NCBI RefSeq assembly: GCF_037042905.1
Contig: NC_087245.1
Location: 32,862,001 to 32,926,000 of the forward strand
Direction: 5' to 3'
Source: Lytechinus pictus
Lineage: Eukaryota
DNA: 64,000 nucleotides
Part shown: positions 39,901 to 49,321 of the stretch, in pieces
Layout: the number at the start of each line of letters is the position of its first letter
Position numbering within the stretch: the first letter of the stretch is position 1
Position numbers and translations under genes: made by a program
Notes under the pieces: model-generated
Seen by the model: the letters and a program-made list of their open reading frames with translations, nothing else
Databases searched by the model: none
Told to the model about the DNA's origin: nothing

Positions 39901-42900
39901 ACCCTGACTTGTTCAATTAGCATCACCCTGGGCCAAGAGCTTTCTTGGCAAGACTAATGGCTGTTGAAAACCATGTTCCAGAATTACAACGACGCCGAAG
40001 AATCTAAAAGGATATTCAAATTTCAAAAGAACGTTCACATATGTGTGAGTGAACATATCATAAGAATTAAATTGTAGTTCATTGAAATCTACAACAATGG
40101 ATATTGAATGATTGTCATTTACTCCACTTTGTTCTAATTCCACCCAAAGACGTCCTTGTTCCTCCGCAACGAAAAAGGGGGGTGGGTCTACTACCCTGAT
40201 CTAGCTATGGAATAACAACAGCAGATAGCTTGAGTCTTCAGAAAGATAAATGCCAGGGATCGTGTGAAAACTAGTAAGACAAGTTCATGCGATCGTTTAA
40301 GAATAAATGATGTATTACATTAATTATTCTAAAACTAGGTTTCGAATGTTAATAACAAACTCGAAATGCGTCATATATTGTATATCTCCAACGATGGTAG
40401 AAAGGTATGATATTTATAAATATAGGGGTATACGTATAATGCATGAAGTGAATGGCATTTCGGTAGCTTAGAAGGTGACAGCTTAAAAGATGATAAAGAG
40501 TTTTTAAAAAAAAACCTGAAGTAAATGTGACAAAAGATATCCGGTTTGCCAGATGAGAGATAAGACAGTTGGGACTTTCGTTGGTCCAATTTAAAACACA
40601 ATAAAAATGGATCAGGAATTTCAAATAATAGCAGAAAACACCACGTCATGAGTATACGTTGGTTGTCAACACTGATTATCGGTTTAGCTTGATCCCTGAA
40701 AGCCATTTTCGCTCTTCATTGATTATTACGGTTTAAATCAAATGAGAGGGCGTCCCAAGGACAAAGTCAGGTTAATCTCTGGTGTACAAACAGGGATCCA
40801 AGGATTAGATCAGGTGATTTAGTGTACCTTATCCTCAACGATCGACTCGCTGACGTCAGCAAAAAAATAAAAATAAAAAGTCACCGTTTTATCCACACAT
40901 GTACCTCACGTGATACAGAAAGTTTTGTTGTAAAATTACAAGTTTCCTTAAATCATACTTCCGAGTCTTTTAAGTATATTTACCAAAGCTACAAATGTAT
41001 GCGGACATCAGAAGACCTCAAAAGACAGTGACTATAAGTTTCAAAACTTCCTTCGGGCAAGATTATAATATTGGTTGCATACTCGGACTTTGTGATAAGG
41101 CACATTATTTTCACGTTTATAAAATTCAAAAAGTGGTGTTAATGCCTTCGTGTGAATAATGCTAAGCCTTTGGAAACAAAATAATGTTGAATTGAATTTA
41201 AATTGAATCATGCCGATACTGATCAGTGCTACTAGAACATGGTGTACTTTTAACACTGCACTTGATTTTCTAGTATAGAAAACGTGTATCAACGTTAACA
41301 TCCTGTTGTTTTTCAATTGACAAATTGATACCGAAGGGGTAGCCAGCTAAGGAAACACCTTTGCCCTTGGCAGTGCTGATTTTAATCAGCCATCATGACT
41401 GCTTCTTTAAAATGAATATACATACCCCTCATCATTTCACCTTCATGAATTACCGGTAGGCCATATGATGGGAAGAGGAAATGGTCATAATCATCTCCAA
41501 GAGGTCAAATCTAAATGACTTATCCCGTTTTTTTGCCCCATTTTCGATAAGTAGAAAATGGCTAAATGTCAGATGGTCCTTGACCCCACACGAAGCTAGT
41601 AGACATCACTCAGGGATTACAGACTAATGTGAATTAATCAACTTTGTCAAGTTGAAACACAAAAAAAATTGGTAAATCCCTGTTTCTATGTTTTAATATA
41701 ATTCATATGTACATTAGCTTTCGTCGATATTCACCGAAAAATTCACCTCTTTCTTTCTACAAAATATTATAATTTGCTGAAACTCGAGACAATTAGCCAA
41801 AAGGCAGTGAATAAAGTTTGTATTTATTAATGAGATCTTATTACGATTTTTAATGTCAGTTTTATATGTTATATTCAGAAATTAATGTTATTTTTTTATA
41901 TGAAAGTTATGATTAGTTTATGAAAAGAAAGGATTGTTCCCTTTCGGTGATATGTTGAGAGATATCATGGAAACCGCTGACGGGATATGTATGTTAGATG
42001 AGTCACTACGGGGAAACCCAAGGTGTCAGATGCCATCGGTAAACTGGTGTGCAATATTGGCAAGCCTTTACCTGACACATCTGTTTTGCTCTAAAGAGTC
42101 CCTTTCTTCGCTTCTTCTTTACAAAGAAACCAGATTTGTTAGAGCTCCTAGGAGTTCTTATTTCGTTTTCGTTAATCAATTCACATGTAGACATTTCTTA
42201 TTCTACTAAAATACGCAATGAAATTATCATGTTAATCTTAAAACAAAAGCGTAATCAATGCACAACTTTCACAACTTTCAGTTTGCCTTCCGAGGAAAAT
42301 ACCTAATTTGTCAACAACACTCTATGCTTGAGTAACCATGGTTTGCACGTTATGGAAAATATGTGTCGTTTGGCTTCGTATACAGACACAATGTATAGCC
42401 TACACTTCGGTCTGAAGTAGTCGAATTAACTATATGCTCATCACTACTTTTTCAAGGTATATTACAATAAAGCTTAAGGGCTGTCACAACTGGGCACCGT
42501 AATTCAAAGTTTATCTATTAATCGCTAATATGAAGGAACAATTCTGAATGCATGGTTCCAAGTCGGTCTACGGAGCAAAATGCGCATGCAACGATGATCT
42601 TGAAAGGCCGATTTCAATTAGCGATTAATCGCTAACCTTGTTGTTACGGGTCCCGAACGCTTGAGCCAGCATATGCCGACGTATTGTACGTGTGACCCGA
42701 CGTTTTCTCCTTTAATCACGTTTCTGCATTTTGTTAACAACACAAAATATCAAAAATTTTAATTCTTTATTTAAAGAATCATTTGCGTTGTTAACCAATG
42801 GTAATTCTCGATATCAAGAAATTAGATTAAGAAAACCGCTTGTCATAACACGCATACGACAGCATACACTGGCTGAAACATTAAGACGTGACAGTCATTT

Positions 42901-45900
42901 CAAATAGAGTTGCTTATACAGCTATTCTGCTTTGGTAAGAACACGTTTTCCGCAAAGAGTCCGAGTGTATCTTCCGTGCGCGTCTCTCCGTTTCGACAAG
43001 GGCTCAAGCTTCGCAGAAGCACCATTGAACGTGTTGTGAACGGACAAACAATCAGCGGGCGGTGTTCTAAATGTTGAGCTCTCTTAATCTATATTGTCAC
43101 TTTAGTGGGAGGGGCTATAAATGGTATTTCGTCTATCATGTATGATACATGTTAATCCCTTTGAAGTTAACCAACATTCGAATTGTTTGACAAAACAAAA
43201 ATCCACCAAATGTTATTTAGGATACATTTCAGCATCTGATTTGACAACATAGGAAACGACGAATTTGTTATTTTATGAAAATATACAATAACTTTAGTAC
43301 ATCATCATATGGATTATCTAAATAAAAAATGGAATGGGTCATTTCTATTATCTAAAAAACACGTTTGACTTTAACGAGATGGTTAACAAGAAGTATCCCC
43401 CCCCCCCCACCAACACACACATTTCAGCCTCTTCTTTCTATGAATAGGCCTTATGGGTTTAGAGTTATTTTGTTTGACAATTTTTTCTTTCACTTTATTT
43501 CTTACAACTGGGCAATTCCATAATTTAATCAACCTTTTTGTACGTCCGAACCCCATTTTTCTCAAGTTTTACTTCACTTCATAAACTGACCAAGTCATGG
43601 TCATTTGAGAGCATTACAGACTTTCAAAAGAACCAGAAATCAGAGACAGAAAATTTCATAAAGGTCCCATATATAGGGGGTCGGACGTACATATTTTATG
43701 GAATTGCCCAACTGTGTTAAAAAACAATGATATCGGGATATCAGGTTATTTCTTCACGCAATATAGCATGTTACTTTAAACATAAATGCCTGTTGTGGTA
43801 ACGAATATAATCCAATGAAATCAACACCCAAATGTATGTATGGGGAAATATATGTGCAAATAATTATGGTAGAAATGGTAGAAGCCAGGGAGGGCGCCCT
43901 CTGCGTTCAGTATCGTGCCAAGTTTACATGAAAGAATCGAATTCGATGCTATTTTTTGCAACTACTGCAAATATCAATTTTGAGCCTACTGGGAAATTCA
44001 TGATACCTGCGCCATACTCATTCATATATACCAAATTCGCTGGGCTGGTGTTCCTTTTATTCGAATGAAACTGCTGATACTTCATACACTGGAGGCACGT
44101 TTTGTTGTATTGTTGTGCTCCTTTTATATCCTTTGTGTTTCATGATTACCCCTAGAACTGCTGACATTGCGCGAACGAAGGAGACAGACAACGTTGGGAA
44201 GTTTGTTTCGCAGTTTTATTTTCAAGAAACCCATTTTTCATTATTCCCCGCTATTCACCAAACAATATACGATACCAACTGTCAGTTACAATCGCTGTGA
44301 AGAGCTCTGGCACCGACACATTTCCCGGTTGTTATCAAATCTTTTGTGCTCCCTATTCACATTCCATTTCCAATAATGGCCACGTGGGCTTAAGGAATGA
44401 ATTGAGGAATATATATATATATATCGCATGCTACCTACAATGTTTCTCTATCAATCTTTACCATTTACCAGAAAATTCATACATTATTTTAGATTTTCTA
44501 AGTAAGTCTATATTATACTTATATTCAAAGTATTGCAATATTCCCAAACTATATTCCAATAATAACTTCAATTAAAAATGAGTAATTTGCCAATATTTTG
44601 AAGTATCTAAATATTTCGTTGGATGTGGATAAAAAATTATTTAAAATGAATCATGTTGGAGTATGGACTCTGATTAACTGCAATATTAGATGAAGTGATG
44701 TTAAGCTATAATGAACATGGCGCTGGTAAATGATTAACCTGAAGGGGGCGGCTATGTAAATTGTTTTAAAGGGAGTCTTATTTGCTCAAAATTGAATGTG
44801 ACGAAAATGTTTATCGTCGATATTTACTTTTCCAAATACATGTCGTTGATTTCCTCAAAATGAGATGGAAGTGAACACGTATATTCAAAATACGAGCGAG
44901 CATTAAAAGCCCTGTAATAATTTTTTCACCGACAATTTTCTATCAGCCAATCGGATAAAAGAATTTCAGTAGCTTATAACTGTCTTCAGCCAAATGCTCA
45001 CGTGATCATAAATTTGTGCTCGCAGCTACTGCTTTAACCATATCGGTATACAATTGACGATGGAACCGTCACCTATGATTAAGACAATAATTATGACAGT
45101 AATGATAATTATAACAATCATAATGATGATAATGAAAATGAATTGATGGTGATCATGATAATAATAATAACATTCCGCATTTATATAGCGCTTAACACAT
45201 CGGAACGACGTCTCTAAGCGCTTTACAGATTACCCTGGTCATCGGATCCTTGCATGCCCGCATACAATGTATGCACCTTCTCCACTCCCTGGTGTATGCT
45301 AGGCATACTACATAGGCTTTCGCATCCTACCGGGGACCCATTTAATACCTGGGTGGAGAGTGGCAAATTGTGGATTGACGCCTTGCCAAAGGACGCTAGG
45401 CCAAAGTGGGATTCGAACACACGACCCTAGGCTAGAATCAGAATCGCTACACCACGGCGCTTCCACAATACGCACATGAATGGTGCTGACGACGATGAAT
45501 ATCATAATGGTAATGATGGTGGCGGTGATATAATGACGATTACGATTATGAAAGTGTGGTGTTGGCAATGGATCTGAGGATGATGATGATAGTGAGGGAA
45601 CAACTACTCAAATGCAAATTTCAGCCAGATAATGCATTCTTACTTGAAATATCTTTGTTGTCGATGTGTCGACTGGCTCTTCCAGCTCCCGTGTCGACCA
45701 CCACCTCGGGGTCCTCTCCGACGGGCCCGTTCATGATTCCCCGAGCTCTTCGAATTCGAGTTGATACCGGTGATTCTTGTAACAACCCTCTGTCCTACGA
45801 TTGAAATAAAAAGATAAAGCATGTTAACAAATAAAGTGTCATCCGAAACCTTAGCCTGATCGGATCCGAGCATAATTGCAAAACCGATTCCAAGTCGGTT

Positions 45901-47907
45901 CCGATTGCAAAACCGTTTCTTCGTCGTCTTGGTTACGAGAATAATATTTATATATTCTTTTCCTCCCAGTAGAGTACTTCCCTCTTGTAGAGTCTTGTCA
46001 TACTTGATTGTAGATCAACTATAAGTGATCCAAGTTCAAATAACTGTGCATTAATCCCGCGAGTTTTTTTTCGGGAAAAATGTAATGCTGATTCATTGTT
46101 GATCTGATAACGTCTGATTTGATTTTCAAATAATCATACCTGTCACGAAATTAATGCTCGTGTATTTTTCCACATGGGACCACAAGAAGACTTTTAACAC
46201 CAAGTACATGTAAATAATGATCTGCAACCAATGGAAGTCATTTTCTATTTAGAAATCAACTGTTTTTCAAAGAATTCAGTGTGAATGGTAATGAATTGCG
46301 CACTAACAGGTTTCCTCCTACTCGATGACTACTCGGACAATGAAGCCATATTTTCGTGGTGCCCAACCCCCCCCCCCCCCAGGTACATTAAGTTATAATG
46401 ATAAAAATTCATGCATTCTTTCCATGTTGAAAGTACAGGGTCAGAGAAGAGCACCAATGTAAGAAGATATACATGCCAGTACACAAATGGGCCGCACCCA
46501 AATGCTTTGTTTAGTAGTGAGAAGAAAAGAAAAAACGTAAACAAGAAAATGGAGGAATCTCTAGGAACTTCAAGACTGCAGAGCCCCCTTTAAAAGACAA
46601 GTCCACACCAACGAAAACTTGATTCTAATAAAAAGAGAAAAATCCAACATGCATAACACTGAAAAAAAAAATCATCAAAATCGGTTGTAAAATAAGAAAG
46701 TTATGACATTTTAAAGTTTCGCTTAATTTCACAAAACAATTATATGCACACCCTGGTCGGTATGCAAATTAGGTGACTGATGACGTCATCCACTCACTAT
46801 TTCCTTTGTATTTTATTATATGAAATATTCAAATTTTCACCACATTGTCAAGTGAAACAATAATTAATTCCTCCCTGAACCTGTGGAATTAGCCTTATTT
46901 AACACTATATGGTTCAGCAAAGTTGGCCCTGATTGTCAAATATGTAAAAAATTATATATTGTATAATTCAAACAATAAAAACAAACGAAATATTGAGTGA
47001 AGGACATCATCGACTGTCTCATTGGGATGTCAGTGCATTGTGCATATCACTGTTTTGTCAAAAATAAGCGAAATTTTAAAATGTTTTACATCCGATTTTG
47101 ATGAAATTTTCAGTGTAATGCTTGTATTATTTTTCACTTTTTATTCAAATCAACTTTTTGTTGGGGTGGACTTGTCCTTTAAAGATTATGGCATAAGTAG
47201 AAAAGAGACATCTTGATCGTGCAAAAGTATAATACCAGCATAAGTAAGCAAAATGTGACGTCATTCTTTGGTTGTCCGCCCATCCCTTTCAAAACATCCT
47301 GACACCATCCCCCCCCCCCCCCATACATGCACATTGGGGCACATCCTCAAGTGGACGCTCTTTCTTTTGTTGACAAAATAATAAATAGAAACGGGACAGC
47401 TGCATACAACTAATTCTTCTTTTGGAAAACACATTTTTGATACCAAACTTGTTATTGTAGAACAATATATGAAATGGGCAAAAACGGAAAGACGGGTGAA
47501 TGTTTATGAAACAGACCCAGGTATCCAGTCTAAGAAGGGGACATGAACCGTATTGATTGGGATCATTTTGATGGTTAACTTTGTGAGATAACAAGATGAC
47601 ACTATAATTATACCCATAATGATACGAACTATAAGAGGACCAATTTAATTGAACACAATTACGACAAGGAGTCTTGGCAGTCATCATGATGCAGGAATAA
47701 GTCAAACCAACTGAAAAAAGCGTTGGAAACTCTAAAAAGCCCACAACCAGATACGACGGGCCATTGCAGCACGTTGCCAAGCGTACATACCTTAGATACA
47801 GCGGGAGCGTAAACCGGCGTCGACGTCGAGAAGCGGTCATCATCAAAATTACATTCTATTTCGTCTAGAGGCCGCAGACGATACACTTGGAATCCATGAA
47901 AAGTCAT
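15854..47907 (-). CDS. SLC4A10-like: SLC4-family Na+-coupled bicarbonate transporter (NCBE/NDCBE/NBCn1 type), multi-exon gene, about 1178-1200 aa
   Basis: The exons listed below join in frame with GT-AG boundaries. Motifs: [97 protein letters not shown]. Orthology to one specific vertebrate paralog cannot be fixed by eye. Confidence 0.96.
17112..17339 (-). CDS. SLC4A10-like: SLC4 C-terminal exon ([16 protein letters not shown]...; read-through ends ...ETQEDKF*; internal donor after 17164)
   Basis: tcacag acceptor, phase 0, GC-rich codon usage, TAA at 17112-17114. Confidence 0.88.
   Translation of the reverse strand: MTRARTGTLTIALESGQTLTVPAEKVTYTPRDSEMNSEIENAKALSKLSGSPLPTVRNRYDRIEEVNIETQEDKF
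18123..18266 (-). CDS. SLC4A10-like: SLC4 exon ([12 protein letters not shown]...[11 protein letters not shown]...EREQ)
   Basis: tcctag/gttagt boundaries. Confidence 0.95.
18888..19061 (-). CDS. SLC4A10-like: SLC4 exon ([24 protein letters not shown]...SIVFPLM)
   Basis: tttcag/gtaggt boundaries. Confidence 0.96.
19567..19635 (-). CDS. SLC4A10-like: SLC4 exon ([23 protein letters not shown])
   Basis: ccccag/gtatgt boundaries. Confidence 0.96.
20163..20235 (-). CDS. SLC4A10-like: SLC4 exon ([24 protein letters not shown])
   Basis: ccgtag/gtatgg boundaries. Confidence 0.96.
20728..20906 (-). CDS. SLC4A10-like: SLC4 exon, TM9-10 (KGFGYHLDL...[17 protein letters not shown]...[11 protein letters not shown])
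   Basis: ttatag/gtatga boundaries. Confidence 0.96.
20989..21140. mobile_element. Sola2-like MITE (internally deleted copy)
   Basis: GAGCAGTTCCATAA...TTGCCC; 4-bp TSD TGAT; homologous to 43510-43709. Confidence 0.75.
21295..21453 (-). CDS. SLC4A10-like: SLC4 exon, TM8 (PTRPDRGW...[20 protein letters not shown])
   Basis: gtttag/gtaatt boundaries. Confidence 0.96.
21839..21952 (-). CDS. SLC4A10-like: SLC4 exon, TM7 ([10 protein letters not shown]...[11 protein letters not shown])
   Basis: cgcag/gtatgt boundaries. Confidence 0.96.
22404..22683 (-). CDS. SLC4A10-like: SLC4 exon, extracellular loop 3 + TM6 (ECMC...DC...GDC...PDVFLFS...FFPTK)
   Basis: cctcag/gtaagt boundaries; four-Cys glycosylated loop (NVT, NET, NWT, NGT) typical of Na+-coupled SLC4s. 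Confidence 0.96.
23167..23379 (-). CDS. SLC4A10-like: SLC4 exon, TM4-5 (...FRVWIGFW...[17 protein letters not shown]...YPIK)
   Basis: ttgcag/gtgagt boundaries; conserved sequence. Confidence 0.96.
23808..23941 (-). CDS. SLC4A10-like: SLC4 exon, TM2-3 (AAFESL...[18 protein letters not shown]...)
   Basis: cacag/gtaagt boundaries; conserved sequence. Confidence 0.96.
23960..24262. repeat. (GAT/GGT/GAC)n degenerate trinucleotide microsatellite
   Basis: Seen directly; intronic, next to the acceptor of the exon at 23941. Confidence 0.95.
24593..24767 (-). CDS. SLC4A10-like: SLC4 exon, TM1 ([12 protein letters not shown]...[20 protein letters not shown])
   Basis: tttcag/gtaagt boundaries; conserved sequence. 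Confidence 0.96.
24992..25442. mobile_element. Cluster of short hairpin MITEs (partial 24992-25040; 25096-25272; 25284-25442)
   Basis: TIRs GGGTGTTTCATAAAG...TTATGACACACCC and GGGGAGTGTTTCAT...ATGAAACACTCCCC. Confidence 0.8.
25488..25632 (-). CDS. SLC4A10-like: SLC4 exon ([12 protein letters not shown]...LARTGR)
   Basis: gattag/gttagt boundaries; conserved WDPxIRIEPP. Confidence 0.95.
25846..25939 (-). CDS. SLC4A10-like: SLC4 exon ([31 protein letters not shown])
   Basis: ttattaag/gtgagt boundaries; conserved sequence. Confidence 0.96.
26739..26981 (-). CDS. SLC4A10-like: SLC4 exon ([23 protein letters not shown]...[13 protein letters not shown])
   Basis: gtccag/gtaagt boundaries; highly conserved sequence. 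Confidence 0.96.
27670..27827 (-). CDS. SLC4A10-like: SLC4 exon ([14 protein letters not shown]...VKNEK)
   Basis: ttgtag/gtaagc boundaries, phase 1 to 0; needed to keep the frame. Confidence 0.9.
28197..28436 (-). CDS. SLC4A10-like: SLC4 exon (DLALDHLV...[10 protein letters not shown]...SMEQ)
   Basis: ttcag/gtacgt boundaries, phase 1 to 1. Confidence 0.93.
28997..29157 (-). CDS. SLC4A10-like: SLC4 exon (WVKYEE...[18 protein letters not shown]...EQII)
   Basis: gatag/gtaagt boundaries; band-3 cytoplasmic domain motifs. Confidence 0.96.
29327..29643. mobile_element. Non-autonomous element with CACAGTAAAAA termini and internal 11-bp tandem repeats (AACACACTGTG)
   Basis: acacagtaaaaaa ... ttttttactgag; repeat array at about 29458-29610. 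Confidence 0.6.
29666..29813 (-). CDS. SLC4A10-like: SLC4 exon ([15 protein letters not shown]...EWKETAR)
   Basis: ttgacag/gtgagg boundaries; conserved motifs. Confidence 0.95.
30501..30638 (-). CDS. SLC4A10-like: SLC4 exon ([14 protein letters not shown]...QILNFEN)
   Basis: tttttcag acceptor, gtaggt donor, phase 1 to 1. Confidence 0.88.
32088..32428. mobile_element. Two abutting hairpin MITEs (32088-32244; 32246-32428)
   Basis: CCGTAACACAAAGGTTAGCGATT / AATCGCTAACCTTTGTGTTACGG, followed by a copy of the 25096-25272 family. Confidence 0.85.
33183..33313. mobile_element. Hairpin MITE, CCGTAACACAAAG family
   Basis: Inverted termini; related copies at 32088, 42492 and about 30690-30792. Confidence 0.75.
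34103..34272. repeat. Imperfect inverted repeat (probable MITE)
   Basis: GCGAAGGTTTTGCAAG / CTTGCAAAACCTTCGC, plus outer GTTTTCA / TGAAAAC arms. Confidence 0.65.
35979..36499. mobile_element. PIF/Harbinger-like MITE
   Basis: TIR GGGTGCGTTTATCCG / CGGATAAACGCAGCC, flanked by TTA and TAA; many internal AATCA(T/C)GATT motifs. Confidence 0.82.
42492..42654. mobile_element. Hairpin MITE, CCGTAACACAAAG family
   Basis: Aligns by eye with 32088-32244. Confidence 0.75.
43510..43709. mobile_element. Sola2-like MITE
   Basis: TIR GGGCAATTCCATAA / TTATGGAATTGCCC; 4-bp TSD AACT; GRG...CYC termini. Confidence 0.82.
45159..45466 (-). mobile_element. tRNA-derived SINE
   Basis: On -: A-box-like TGGTGTAGCG, B box GTTCGAATCC, central CCACTCTCCACCCAGGTATTAAATGGGT domain, LINE-like 3' tail AAGCGCT...AAGCGCTATATAAAT and (TTA)n end. 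Confidence 0.85.
45644..45794 (-). CDS. SLC4A10-like: SLC4 exon (DRGLLQES...[30 protein letters not shown])
   Basis: tcgtag acceptor, gtaaga donor. [10 protein letters not shown] resembles DEEAVVDRG of SLC4A10; phase-1 end fits the next exon (S-NHR). Confidence 0.85.
46594..47178. mobile_element. Kolobok-like MITE, third full copy
   Basis: Same TIRs and TTAA flanks; internal similarity to 6776-7370. Confidence 0.88.
47791..47907 (-). CDS. SLC4A10-like: Probable SLC4 first coding exon ([39 protein letters not shown])
   Basis: ATG-initiated, 39 codons, strong AAG|GTATGT donor in phase 0 matching the next exon. TCAGTC initiator-like motif and CCAAT boxes just upstream. No homology support. Confidence 0.6.
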
Positions 47908-47984
47908 GTTAGAAGATCACTAAAGATATCAACTTGTACTTTAAAATAGCCAAAACATAGATAAATGAACCACTCCGAAACTTA

Positions 47985-48080
47985 TAGCAACACGACTGAC
48001 GGTCCAAGGTTATTTCTAAAGTGGCATTCGGCACTAAATGACCTCTTTGCGCGACCAATGCACTTGGCCATTGGAGCACG
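47985..48080 (-). promoter_or_regulatory. Putative core promoter of the SLC4 exon at 47907
   Basis: TCAGTC initiator-like motif on - at 47994-47999. CCAAT boxes in both orientations at about 48055 and 48070. About 90 nt upstream of the ATG. Confidence 0.45.
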
Positions 48081-48710
48081 TGTATTCAGGTATTTGTATA
48101 TGGCATTTAATGAAAGGGGAAGCTTTTGTCTTTCGTGCATGGCTGGGACCGAGGAGAGAGATTAAGCACATTGTACATGTTTCTTTTCAAGACGAAGGGT
48201 TCTGAGTTTGAGGAAAGGATGCTCCAATCAAAGGGGAGGAAGCACAAAAGATTGCAACCATTAATGGCCCGCTGTAGAGGTAGTGTGTAGTAGAGCATGT
48301 GAACAATTAATGCTTTCAATAGACGCTTAGGCTAAAATAATCACCTATCCCACCCTGAATAGTGGCAAATTTTGTTGATTTCTAGCGTAGATAGTAAAAA
48401 TAGAGAAACATTAAAATAAGCTTTTAACAAGTCTTTCCAACAGGTTCGAAATTGACAAATATCATACCTGGCTTAGGATAAAATACTAAACCACTGAAGA
48501 TCAGAGCAATGGTTGAAATACAGCAATATAATATGATTGACAGTAGCTTTAATGTAGAAGAAGAAGAAAGCAGGATAAGTATGAATAAGGTGAATAGTTG
48601 TAGTAGCATAAAAAGAAGTAGGAGAAGTACTAGTAGCAGCAGTAGCATATTAGTAGTATAAGTAGTAATAGTCGTAGTAGTAATAGCACATAGAACTTGT
48701 AGTAGTAGTA

Positions 48711-49321
48711 CCGTATGGGTACTAGTATTCAACCCGGCATAATTCAAAGATTTTGACATATTCCCCAAAATATTTAGAAATAGGGAATTTATCTTAATTT
48801 CATACCTTTGTTATTTCCAGGGTAATCTGTTGTCGATATTTTCTTTGTCAATCTGTCGACTGTATGCGCGGAGGATCGAATTATGCGGCGATGGCCTTTT
48901 GCACTGAATGGTACTAGTATTCAACCTAGTGAGGATTGATAGCAAATCTCAAAAGGGTTTAGATTGCTAAATTAGATCTAGATCTATGTAAGTCTCTGGC
49001 TTTGATTAATTCCCTGTTTGGTCTCATCTCAAATGGTCTAGTCCATAGTCGGATGGGACAAGGGCAGATTGAGAGACAGGGCCATCTTTCATCGCTAGGT
49101 TGAATACTAGTACCGACGGGTTGAATACTAGTACCAAAATCCGTCGCCGTATAATTCGATCGCCCGCGCACACAGTCAACTGGTTGAAGAAAAAAATAAC
49201 GGAAAAAGAATAACCAGCATTTGCTCTTGTAAATAAGACGGGTCTGAAATTCAGGTAAATTCTATATTTCTATATATTTGAGGAAACTCTCCAAACGGGT
49301 TGAATACTAGTGCCCTTACGG
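48711..49321. mobile_element. Tc1/mariner(pogo)-like MITE inserted in an (AGT)n tract
   Basis: TA|CCGTATGGGTACTAGTATTCAACCCG ... CGGGTTGAATACTAGTGCCCTTACGG|TA; about 200-bp inverted arms. Confidence 0.85.

Noticed and set aside
39892..40003. AG...GTGAG-bounded segment in the large SLC4 intron
   Set aside because: Stops in all three frames and an incompatible phase; at most a non-coding exon, with no other support.
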